Source of the DNA: Chrysochromulina tobinii
Taxonomy: Eukaryota
DNA: 48,992 nucleotides
Direction: 5' to 3'
Assembly (NCBI GenBank): GCA_001275005.1
Contig: JWZX01003323.1
Location: forward strand, 1 to 48,992
The first letter of the stretch is position 1. Every line of letters begins with the position of its first letter. The position numbers and the translations under genes are program-made. Of the stretch, positions 40,701-48,992 are shown in pieces. The notes under the pieces are model-generated. The model made no database searches, was not told where the DNA came from, and saw nothing but the letters and a program-made list of their open reading frames with translations.

Positions 40701-41530
40701 TTGGGTTCTATGAGAAGGCGTACCACGCGGCGCGGCCACACACGCAGTGCTCCCTCGTCTTCCCCGCGTACAAGCGTGCTTGGAGCGACTTCGAGGCGGC
40801 GGGCTTCCCAATGACGTACTTTGAGAACATCGTCATCGATGCGCACCTGTACCAGTGCTTTGGCGACGCGTGGCAGCGCGAGACCTCGCTCGAAGAGTCG
40901 CTCGAGAATGCGCGCACGGGCGAGGGGCACTTCCCATGCCTCACACACCTGCCCGCTCCCTCGTGCGTGTCCGAGTGGTCCCTGCGCCTGCCCGTGTGGG
41001 ATGACAAGTTCCCGATCGCGCAGGTGCTCGCAGCCAAGGACGAGGCGGCGCAGCACGCCATCTATCGCAAGCTCGGGCGGGCGCAGGTGATGCAGTTCGC
41101 GTCGCGCGGCGCCTCGTGGTATTTCTGGACTTGGAAGGTCGATGCCCCCTCGGCCAACCGCGGGGCCATCATACCGGGAGAGCCCATGTGGGACCTTCGA
41201 GAGTGCGTGCGCCGTCAGTGGCTCGACCCGCGCTGGTGGGGCGGCGAGCTGCTAGACGATGGGTTCGGCGCCGGAGACGTGCCTGCCGGCGACATGCATG
41301 ATGAGGCCGATGCCGATCTGGCGGACAAGATGGTGCTGGCGAGTGAGGTCAGCTTCTCCTGCAGGCCACCCTCGGCACGTGCTATCACTGCAGAGATATC
41401 CGAGGCCATCGGCGCCCTCTCGCTCTGCTCTGCGCCAGACGCGCCAGTACCTGCCTCCGTGCAAGTGAAGCGGCCTAGCTCACCGCCGCCCGCGCCAACT
41501 GGTGACGACGAGCATGCCAGCCACATTTGA
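37796..41530 (+). CDS. Glycoside hydrolase family 5 (exo-beta-1,3-glucanase-like) with long N-terminal W-repeat and acidic regions
   Basis: The domain ~40120-41235 has GVNLGGWLICEAWM, VRVPFGYW, LHGAPGGQ, INEP (acid/base Glu), DAHLY, VSEWS (nucleophile Glu) and YFWTWK. Glu/Gly tracts are at 38090-38255 and 39590-39910. Confidence 0.9.
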   Translation: MSMEPRASRESNAVSRKVVSCASDIKWLAWNAAWHSANVLARRDEAARVDLARFEHHYAAIAQKLPGDLVVHVRAIVWSACWHAANKNGEALRSHSAAMEGEGEDDENRAGGEHADEGGDEAAGGEDVDEGGDEEASGEDVDEGGDEEASGEEVCAAQDEAPNAAKDEAHKATAANDTLAQPSAQPASPSPLQSSGFAAHEPALIVAASVATIGAAVITSGLQPPGSRTAVQSHRAPPPPESESEAELGGESSAAGHTEDEPSEDPDAESALSLGEVEDDDEEDDQDDDVLRHGEDEDDLELDAALAVELATAEDEPPLATPRKPLEATPLDAAASASLALDVHERPPPPTPPTPPGGMRVSDPAPGATPGEKRATRRSPTVSQSVNSPGPTAPTRRSPTVAELDASHGTDSEDMPEELRLPTHTPALKRDLSITRQLEADAEAERKRKRAAGGCAVTGATEAATPDVAEDEAIDEAEWIGGTADQTSTTLPPSVATGSSSSTVPPSLATDASSSSSSADWSPRAVPSAIAPSASPAGSPSVSMPAGLHALGVPTETRKGLELSHAYSFPLQTALPPLAELNTLWGDGGLTGLSYFSQAEEEEEGEEEEGGEEGAWEDGEKEGEEGGGEGCEEGSGEENGGEENGGEENGGEEEDEEEGEEGGEENEGEENEGEENEGEVDDEGGEDGEEEDGVEEGTEAEAEEAAVEYRRFEQHADELQRRLPAGLAHSLIYLVWSASWAAVHARSGDERLGRLHKERFEQHATALAAGGLLPRVGVNLGGWLICEAWMQETLFSSVPGAIDEFRLCQVLEREAIARHRASWITAADLAQIKRLGLTAVRVPFGYWLLDPPGPPIVRKPAPPYTGAREWLRTAHEYVGPAEHVISQCLDACAAAGLLVNLCLHGAPGGQSGEQACGFVDREWTPSMWDVEATVRCVEHAARLWGRHPALDALTVINEPSNEIPIETLVGFYEKAYHAARPHTQCSLVFPAYKRAWSDFEAAGFPMTYFENIVIDAHLYQCFGDAWQRETSLEESLENARTGEGHFPCLTHLPAPSCVSEWSLRLPVWDDKFPIAQVLAAKDEAAQHAIYRKLGRAQVMQFASRGASWYFWTWKVDAPSANRGAIIPGEPMWDLRECVRRQWLDPRWWGGELLDDGFGAGDVPAGDMHDEADADLADKMVLASEVSFSCRPPSARAITAEISEAIGALSLCSAPDAPVPASVQVKRPSSPPPAPTGDDEHASHI
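38129..38254 (+). repeat. 39-bp coding tandem repeat x3 (GEDVDEGGDEEAS)
   Basis: GGCGAGGACGTCGACGAGGGCGGAGATGAGGAGGCGAGC is repeated three times, the first copy with substitutions. Confidence 0.9.
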
Positions 41531-41854
41531 GCAATGCGGGCAGGATCACAGCTCAAAGCTCACAAGCCGCCTCGGCAGGCCGGCATAATTACGAAGAGTG
41601 ACCCGACCCTCCGGTCGCGCGTCGGCTAGACCTACGGCTACGCGACGCGGAGGCGGTAGCCGGCTGTGTACGGTAGACCGGGAAGTATCTAATAACGAAA
41701 TACGCCGAAAAGCGAAGTAAAAATAAATCCAATTACGGGAACAAAACACTCGGACGCGCCCCCGGCCGGGCGCGGCCGCGGGACCGGGAGATCGCGAGGC
41801 GCCCAAGGCGTGAAGCGAGCGGGCCTATTCAATCCTTCCCCTTCAAGTCTAGTA

Positions 41855-43606
41855 TCACGAAAGTATCACGGGCCGGAGCAGCCGCCACATCTCGTGCCGT
41901 CCTGTCTTCGCCTTGGAGCTCGTCATCACAATGTCTGCCGGCTCCAGCCACCCGATCTCTTCCAGCGCGCGCTCAACGGCAATGCGCGAGCGCTTTACGG
42001 CCATTAGGCCTCCCTTGTCGGCCTTGGTAAGGACGATGGCGTACCGCCACGGACATCCTGCACCGCCACCTGTCGCGCCGCTGGCCTCGACAGCCCTCAC
42101 AGCCTCGATAACCTCGGCGGCAATGCCAGACTCGTCAGCGTTTGAAGCCACAGAAGCGCCGGCGGCGCTGCCTGCGCGTGCGTGCGCCTCCTTGACCATG
42201 CGCATGATGGCAAGGTCCACCTCCATCGGCCCCACCTGGCCGTCGACCAGGTGCACCAGCAGCCGCAGCTGCGGCCGTGCCGCCGCGTACTGCCCAAGGA
42301 AGGTGAGCCACTTGCGCCGCTCCGCCCCCGGCACCTTGGCATAGCCAAGTCCGGGCATGTCGACGACGTGGAAGGTGCCAACGGCGGCGCGCTGGCCCGC
42401 CGCCGGCTCGTTCAAGATGAAGTAGTTGTACTGCTGCGTCTTGCCCGGCGTCTTCGACGTGTACGCGATTGCGCGCCGGCCGAGGACCATGTTGACAAGC
42501 GAAGATTTGCCCACGTTCGAACGTCCAATGAAGGCGACCTCCGGGATGGGCTCGCGCGGCAGCGTGTCCATCGAGACACCGCCCTTAACGAAGCGCGCCG
42601 AGCGCACGAGGGCATCGACTAGCACCTGAAGGGACTCCGCGTCGGCCTCTAGCCCGCCCGCGAGCTGAGCCTCGAGGCAGGCGTACACACCAGGCATGCA
42701 TCGTGCCTTGCCAAACGCGCGCGTGAGCTTCGTAAGCGTGTGCAGCGGTGGGACGCACAGCGGCGCGGCGGAGACCATCGCCTCGGCGAGAGTGCACGCG
42801 CCGTCGAGGTCCCCTGCATCCAGGCGCGAGTCCACGAGCGCAGGCACCATCACCGAGCCCACTGCATGCCACATCGGCTCTTGCTCCTGGTCACCCTCCC
42901 CCGGGACCACCCCAAGCCTCCAGGTGACGGTGGGTCTCGCCTCGCCATCCGCTGCAGCATCTTGTGCCGGGCGCGGATGTGCAAGCATGAGCTCTGTAAG
43001 CATAGCATCTGCTTGCTCCAGTTGGCCCGTGCGGCACAGCGCCAAGAAGAGCACGCATGCGCTGCTCGGCTCGGGCAGGTTGGGCCGCTCGCGCGTGTGC
43101 CGCTGGTGCAGCTCGAGGGCGAGGTCGACGCGCCGCATGCGCAGAAGCGATCGGATTACGAGCGGCAGCACCTCGCGGGTTGTCACCATGCTCGTGCCGC
43201 TCCGCGCCTGCTCATACAACCCGAGGGCCTTGTCAGGTTGCTCAAGCTTGGCAAAGTGAGAGGCCAGAGCCGCAGCCACTTCCATGTCGCGTAGCCATTC
43301 TGCCGGCGCCGCCGCGAGCTCAGTGATCGCCACAGATGGAGGTCTCGCTTTCGGGCTACCGGATTCTTGAGGCGTCGCTTCGCTGTGCCGTCGCCGCCGT
43401 GCAGCGCGCTTGCTGAGTCGGCCAGACTCCTCGACAGCAGCTGCTGCAGCACCACCATCGCCAATCATGCTTAAGCGAATGGCGCTGTGGTGCCGCAAAT
43501 TGATCCGCACGCTCTGCCCTGCTCCCGTTGGCGCCGAGCGCAGCAGCGCACGTGCTGAGCCGAGGAGGAGGGACGTGACGGAGGCGCGCATGAGCAGCTT
43601 GATCAT
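41855..43606 (-). CDS. engB: EngB/YihA ribosome-biogenesis GTPase fused to N-terminal PPR-like helical repeats, organelle-targeted
   Basis: G1 PEVAFIGRSNVGKSSLVN, G2 SKTPGKTQ, G3 VDMPGLGYA, G4 TKAD and G5 TSSK are present. Upstream PPR-like motifs include LALCRTGQLEQADAML and LTRAFGKAR. The N-terminus looks like a signal/transit peptide. Confidence 0.88.
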   Translation of the reverse strand: MIKLLMRASVTSLLLGSARALLRSAPTGAGQSVRINLRHHSAIRLSMIGDGGAAAAAVEESGRLSKRAARRRRHSEATPQESGSPKARPPSVAITELAAAPAEWLRDMEVAAALASHFAKLEQPDKALGLYEQARSGTSMVTTREVLPLVIRSLLRMRRVDLALELHQRHTRERPNLPEPSSACVLFLALCRTGQLEQADAMLTELMLAHPRPAQDAAADGEARPTVTWRLGVVPGEGDQEQEPMWHAVGSVMVPALVDSRLDAGDLDGACTLAEAMVSAAPLCVPPLHTLTKLTRAFGKARCMPGVYACLEAQLAGGLEADAESLQVLVDALVRSARFVKGGVSMDTLPREPIPEVAFIGRSNVGKSSLVNMVLGRRAIAYTSKTPGKTQQYNYFILNEPAAGQRAAVGTFHVVDMPGLGYAKVPGAERRKWLTFLGQYAAARPQLRLLVHLVDGQVGPMEVDLAIMRMVKEAHARAGSAAGASVASNADESGIAAEVIEAVRAVEASGATGGGAGCPWRYAIVLTKADKGGLMAVKRSRIAVERALEEIGWLEPADIVMTSSKAKTGRHEMWRLLRPVILS

Positions 43607-44231
43607 CCAGCGGAGTCACGACGCATGAGAAGTCACGCGCCGAGTGTCGCGCCGCCGGAACTTGAACCAACACAACGCGTCTCGGCTTCCGTGGCACGAG
43701 GAGCATATAGAGGCGGATCACGTTTTCTTCTGTCCGTCTGTCCGTCACATACCAATCGCGTATTTGGGGGTCGCCCCACGTGCACGTCTCGAATGGTCTC
43801 GCCGATTACTTGTACCGGGTACGCCGCACCGATCCACTTATCCACGCGGCGCCACTGTGGCTCTGTGGGCCGCATTCTACTGCTGATCTGTGCCCGTCAT
43901 GATGTCTTGAAGCGGACATGAAAGGCTCTGAAATATTTAGCTCTGAAAGGACGAGCGGTCGAGCGGCGCGGCTATTATTACACGTGCATGGCCCATGGCC
44001 GATGGCGGTGCGGCTTCGGGCCCGCTCGCCGCTCGGCCTCGGACCGTCGCGGGCGGCCGGAGGAGTATTGGACGTCTGATTATGCCTACTCCCTCACCGA
44101 GTTGTGTGTGTGTGTGTTGGTGGCTGGCATCACGGGCGTTACATACAAGTTTACGTTGTCAAAGTACGACTCCCTAGGTCGGGCCAGCGCCAGCGCGCTC
44201 ACCGCTCTGCTCACGGTAGTTGCTCAGCTGT

Positions 44232-44945
44232 TCACGACTTCACGTCAGTCCACGTCAGCACAGGGCCTGGAGGTCCACGAGGTGGTGGGTGGCCAGCACA
44301 TATCCCACACGAGCGTGCGCAAGTTTTACTAAAATGCGGCCTAGGGCATTTGCCTGCGCCCACTGCGTGGCTGCACTCACTCATCGGCAGCAGGTCCTTG
44401 CACTTGTTTCTCCACTCGAGGTCTTCATCCACTTGTTTGCGATAGGGCCTGTAGTAGCGAGCCTCAAAGGAGCCGCCACGCCACCATTCCGCCATGACCG
44501 TGCGGTTCACTGCCTTGAAAATGTGAGGCGTATTCGCCGGCACAATCACCAGATCTCCTGCGCCGTACTCGCGCTCAACGTCGCGGCCGTTCTCTCGGGT
44601 TGTCACACGTACCAGGCCCTCGAAGATCATATCGAGCTGATCTGCCCTGTGCACATCGCCAGAACGAAGAGTGCCTGGCTCACTGACCAGCACATTGAAT
44701 CGGAAGCCGCCGAATTGTACGTTATGGACCTGGCCGCGTGCATCTGAGAAGACCGACGGCACAGCCACATTCCCGTGATGTGCAGGCGGAGAGTAGAGCT
44801 GCGCTGCCACATCTGATTCGACATCAGGCAGCGGTGCTCCGCTTCGAGTGCAGCCACGTCGAGCACTAAAGCTGTTCGCCACGTAGCCCAGCGGGAAGAA
44901 AAGGATCGCCGTGAAGAGATCGAGGCGCAGAGTCGGACTCGCCAT
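44232..44945 (-). CDS. Membrane-anchored/secreted cupin (RmlC-like) with C-terminal ShKT domain
   Basis: It has a hydrophobic segment LFTAILFFPLGYVA and a cupin FSDARG..RSGDVH..GDLVIVPANTPHIF. The ShKT CKDLLPMSECSHAVGAGKCPRPHFSKTCARSCGIC is at 44298-44402. ATG is at 44945. Confidence 0.8.
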   Translation of the reverse strand: MASPTLRLDLFTAILFFPLGYVANSFSARRGCTRSGAPLPDVESDVAAQLYSPPAHHGNVAVPSVFSDARGQVHNVQFGGFRFNVLVSEPGTLRSGDVHRADQLDMIFEGLVRVTTRENGRDVEREYGAGDLVIVPANTPHIFKAVNRTVMAEWWRGGSFEARYYRPYRKQVDEDLEWRNKCKDLLPMSECSHAVGAGKCPRPHFSKTCARSCGICAGHPPPRGPPGPVLTWTDVKS

Positions 44946-45170
44946 CGCGCGGCAGGGTCGTGGTCGTGAATGTTCAGAGAGTTGTACCGGTATCTTTGTC
45001 CAAACACGCATACTGGAGGTTAGATGGTTTCTTCATGATTCTGATAGACCTTGGAGGACCTTCTTACGAGCTCAACTTCGGTGGTGCCGCGTGTTCCGCA
45101 GGGGTCCCGATGCTGTCGGGTGGGAAGCGCGAGGGTCGGCATCACCATCTAGAGGCAATATAGTGGAAGA

Positions 45171-46442
45171 ATGGGTGCGTACCTTTCCGCGCCCGACACC
45201 CGCAAGGAGAGCGAGGGCGGCGAGTGTCGCGACGGCTTCACCTACGGCTGCTCTTCAATGCAGGGTTGGCGCCGCTCGCAGGAGGATGCACACATAGCCT
45301 GCGACCTCCCTGACGGCACGACCGTCTTTGGCGTCTTCGACGGTCACGGCGGGCGCGAGGTATCCGCGTTCGCGAAGCGCCACTTTGGAAAGGTGCTCGC
45401 CTCTCAACCGCAGTTCAGCAGCGACCTGCCTGCTTCTCTCATAGGCTCCTTCCACCGCATCGATGAGATGCTCGAGGACAAGGACAATCTGCCGGAGGTG
45501 CGTGCACTCAAAAAGGATCCGCGTGTGCCCGCGGATGAGGGCGCCGACGCCTCTTCTTCGGCCGATAAAGACGCGGCCGACGACGAGGGTGCCAGTGGTA
45601 AGGGCAAGGTCTCCATCACGGAGGCAGTCGACCTCTTTCAGAAGATCGTCAGCCTCAAGCGGCAGCAGGCAGCGTCGGCGTCAAGCGGCGCGGTGGTGGC
45701 CAGCGGTACCGCCGGCGCAGCCGCTGACGAGGAGGTGGCCGTTCGCCAGGGCGGCGCAGCGGCCAGCGGCGGCCCCTCCTCGGCGCTGCTCGCAGGCGGC
45801 GGACTCGGCGGCGTCGGCGGCGGCGCCGCTGCCGAAGCACTCGGGCGACAAGTCTGCTCGCTGCCTCCGTCGCACATCGACGCAGGGGCGACATCGGTCG
45901 TGGCGGCGGTACGTGGACGAACCCTGTTTGTGGCCAACGCGGGCGACTCGCGCGCCATCCTGAGCCGTCGTGGCAAGGCCATCCCCCTCTCTACCGACCA
46001 TAAGCCCGCTCTCTCGTCGGAGCTGGCGCGTATCACCAGCGCGGGTGGTTTCGTCACAGCGCAGGGGCGCGTCAATGGCAACCTAAATCTCTCTCGCGCT
46101 CTCGGCGACCTCAAATACAAGGTCGACAAGGCGCGGGGTCGCCACGAGCAGATCATCACGGCGCATCCCGATGTGACCACGCACACGATAGAGAAGGGAG
46201 ACGAATTCATGGTACTTGCATGCGACGGCGTGTGGGATTGCATGACCAACCAGCAGGTGGTCGACTTCGTACGTGAACGTATACGCAGCACTCCACTCCC
46301 CGAGATCTGTGAGCAGATACTCGACCATTGCATCGCAGACGACCCGAAGACGACGGGCGGCATCGGAGGCGACAATATGACATGCATCATCGTGAATCTC
46401 GCTGTTCCGACCGAGAAGGGGCCACCCATCTGGACGCGCTGA
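45171..46442 (+). CDS. Protein phosphatase 2C (PPM1G/PTC2-like)
   Basis: Motifs MGAYLS.P (N-myristoylation type), SMQGWRRSQEDAH, FGVFDGHGG, VANAGDSRA, RVNGNLNLSRALGD, LACDGVWD and GGDNMT are present. Confidence 0.97.
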   Translation: MGAYLSAPDTRKESEGGECRDGFTYGCSSMQGWRRSQEDAHIACDLPDGTTVFGVFDGHGGREVSAFAKRHFGKVLASQPQFSSDLPASLIGSFHRIDEMLEDKDNLPEVRALKKDPRVPADEGADASSSADKDAADDEGASGKGKVSITEAVDLFQKIVSLKRQQAASASSGAVVASGTAGAAADEEVAVRQGGAAASGGPSSALLAGGGLGGVGGGAAAEALGRQVCSLPPSHIDAGATSVVAAVRGRTLFVANAGDSRAILSRRGKAIPLSTDHKPALSSELARITSAGGFVTAQGRVNGNLNLSRALGDLKYKVDKARGRHEQIITAHPDVTTHTIEKGDEFMVLACDGVWDCMTNQQVVDFVRERIRSTPLPEICEQILDHCIADDPKTTGGIGGDNMTCIIVNLAVPTEKGPPIWTR

Positions 46443-47022
46443 AACTGGACACGCGGCTCGTGCAAGAGCTGTACCATTGCGCAAGACTCGCCGTCGCGAG
46501 AGCCGACACCCCAACTCGTATGGACCCCCCAACTCGATGGCCACCCCATCGAGACACCCCATCGAGACACCCCAGCGCCCGGGGAGCCGATGACGGCGCG
46601 TGTTCACGCACATGCGCCATGCAGCGACACTCATGACTCAACACAGTCTTACCCGCAGGCCGATATGAATATGAATATGCTCGGAACGATATGGGATACT
46701 TCGCCCGGTCCCTATTGATTCGATTCACTCCGCCGCATTTCCCGTTTCCCGAACGCGGTCAAATCTCACGAAGAGAATATACGGAGATAGCCCGGCGGGG
46801 GATGCATCGATAATGTTTGCCACTTTTCAGCTGAACACAGACTTCGGCCAGAAGAAACAGCCGTAATCGCCTGTAATATTACAAAGGAGCGGCGTAACGC
46901 GGCTCGCCCTAGCTCACGGCGTGACATGCGCGCGAGCGCCGAGCGCGCCCGAGCCGCAGCCGGGCCGCACGTGTATAGAGTATACTCTCGTCTACACAGG
47001 CTCCCAACCGTTAAGTAAAGCC

Positions 47023-47333
47023 TTAACTCCCAGCTTGGTACCTGCCGATCTGCAGTGCTGCGACTCGCTGCGACATGGTCAGGCCGTGCGGGTTGCGGGG
47101 CGAGGATCGTGGTTGTGGAGCGCCAGCGCTTGTGGCGCCCATGACGGGCTCGATCCTAGCCGATCCATGCCCGAAGGAATCGAGGCTAGCCGATCGGAGC
47201 CTCGAGGGCTGGTGCTGCACGCTAGCTGCACTGGCCGTGCTCATGTCCCGTGCCGGCGTAAACGTCGCGCGCTGCAGGCTTAGGCCTGCCGCAGTCACCC
47301 CGATGGCGCCGGTGGAGGGATCTGCGCTAAAAG

Positions 47334-47380
<47 letters not shown>

Positions 47381-47862
47381 TCATCATGTGACGAGCACCC
47401 GCTGCAGGCGAATCGCTGCGATTGCAATGGCGCCACATTACAGCCGCTGCGCACGAGGCATAGATTCGACGGCGGCAGGCACGCACTGCCTTCATGGATC
47501 GGCTCCATGGCTGCTGCAGGCATACAGAAGGATCGAGGAGGCTCGCTTTGCTTGCGACCACTATATGTTTCGTAGCTTGTGCGACGCGACCGTACAAGAG
47601 AGGAGCCCGCGGACGAGCTTGCCTCTAGCTTCACCTCGAGCTTGGCGATGCGCGCCTCCTCCTCCTGCGTCCAAAGTGCACAGAGGTCCAAGGGACCCAC
47701 GATTCCCTCCAAAGGCGACGGCGGGCCGTATGAGGCGATCAATGGACACACGAAGGCCACCTTGTTTTTGCGCTTGGTTAGCGGTACCGGAATGGCGGCA
47801 GAAGCAGCGATCGGAGGGTGCGGTGCCTCCGGCAGCGGGGCGACATCCGTGGTCGTATGCAT
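47023..47862 (-). CDS. Hypothetical Ser-rich protein (279 aa)
   Basis: ATG-initiated, low-complexity ORF convergent with PP2C. No family recognised. Confidence 0.5.
47335..47376. repeat. (GCT)14 microsatellite (poly-Ser on minus strand)
   Basis: 14 perfect GCT units. Confidence 0.95.
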
Positions 47863-48864
47863 CTGATGAGCACGATGCTCGCGTCGCGGATGACCTCGCG
47901 GAACTCCTCGCGAGAAATGGGCGTTCTTCTAATGACGAAATGCTGGAAACCACTACAGCGCTCATCAGTTTCTTTGGGTTGCTTGCCCGCGTCTAGCAGT
48001 TCTCAAGCTCACCGCAGGTATGTTCAGTGGGCTCTCCGCCGGCCGGCCAACCGTTCAAGTTACAACCGACCGCGGTCCTCGATCTTAGGTCGATCATGCT
48101 ACATGCTTCTACATGCATGCCAAATGATGCATGGGCTCGCATTGACCTACAGTGTTCCATGTCCATATGCGGAAAGAACCGACGGCCATCCGAGAATCCC
48201 ATAGGTTCTGTCACAGGCCGTTTTCCAGGCGGCCTGTAGCGGACGTCCCTGCACCCTGGCCAAGTGGCCATAAAACCCACGCAAGAGAGGCTACGTACAC
48301 ATGCATCATGTTACTAAGAGTCACAGCGCTCCTTTGTGGCTTTTACATGTACATGTAACCCGCCAGCACGCCATACACAGGCACCGTGTGCAACTTGATT
48401 TACATTGAGCCAGGCAGCAACAGAGATGGCTCTACACTCACGTCCTCAGCTGGCATGAAAAGGCATGTTATTCGCCGAGAAGGCCCAGAAGCCAGATGGG
48501 CCCATGCAATCCTTGATCCAGTTGCAAACTCATAAAATAAATCTCGGTCAAACCTGCTACCTGGTAACCTGCACCCGTACGAAAGTGATAAGCGACGATA
48601 TCCACGCCTAATCCACGCCTTTGAGCTTACCTTCAAGCGCCGAATCCCAAGTGGACTTGAACGCTGAACGACATGCGTAAAAAACTCCAAAACAACGTGA
48701 CAACAACGTGACTTCCATTGAAGTACATACAGAAACGGCAATAGTCCACGACATCGGGCGTTCTTGACAAGCTATCGGGCTCCTTTATAGACTCCTGAGA
48801 TTGCCATGAGGCAGTCGTTGCTGTTATTGCGGCGCGCTTAGGAAGGACCGCCCCCCTCAGCTCT

Positions 48865-48992
48865 CTACGCCATGGCTAAGCCACCTGAGGCATGCTTGCC
48901 GGGCGCCTTCTCGAGGTTCCAGTAATTAGCGATAGCCGTGCCATCGAGCTTGCCGTTCGCAATCGTGCCACGCCGAACGAGCCTTTTGCCGT
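48865..48992 (-). CDS. Possible 3' end of a gene running off the window
   Basis: An open frame runs from the edge: GKRLVRRGTIANGKLDGTAIANYWNLEKAPGKHASGGLAMA*. It is too short to assign. Confidence 0.35.
   Translation of the reverse strand, partial: GKRLVRRGTIANGKLDGTAIANYWNLEKAPGKHASGGLAMA

Noticed and set aside
47870..48860. Lower-GC right-hand region as mobile element or foreign insert
   Set aside because: It has only short ORFs without motifs and no element termini. It is compatible with UTR/intergenic DNA.

Overview
This is GC-rich, gene-dense eukaryotic nuclear DNA. It has GT-AG spliceosomal introns and genes for V-ATPase subunit a, WDR75, yippee and PP2C. Codon style, short repeat-built introns and the WD40 repeat type suggest a haptophyte alga (Chrysochromulina-like); this is inference, not verified. 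The left end (1-~3300) looks subtelomeric. It holds a CCCTAA-containing hairpin satellite, a degenerate PrimPol/AEP-like fragment interrupted by a CACGTGAGC minisatellite, and a DUF3405-like gene broken by an in-frame TGA. The rest is about 20 protein-coding genes, mostly in head-to-head pairs whose ATG-to-ATG gaps are strikingly uniform (217-254 nt). The most unusual element is at 16001-16932 (-). It is an orphan array of NLR-type (HET-E-like) WD40 blades, each encoded by its own phase-1 exon and separated by near-identical 65-68 nt introns, with variation concentrated at putative ligand-contact positions. I flag it as a candidate exon-shuffling or immune-diversification cassette. Other oddities are an Fe/2OG enzyme with HGG instead of HxD (halogenase-like), a 6-Cys ShK-like insert in V-ATPase a, and WDR75-SAP, PPR-EngB, cupin-ShKT and W-repeat-GH5 fusions. 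Several genes carry 1-bp frameshifts or single stops, probably assembly errors. I found no rRNA, tRNA, CRISPR array or intact transposase. All family calls come from motif recognition by eye, not database searches.
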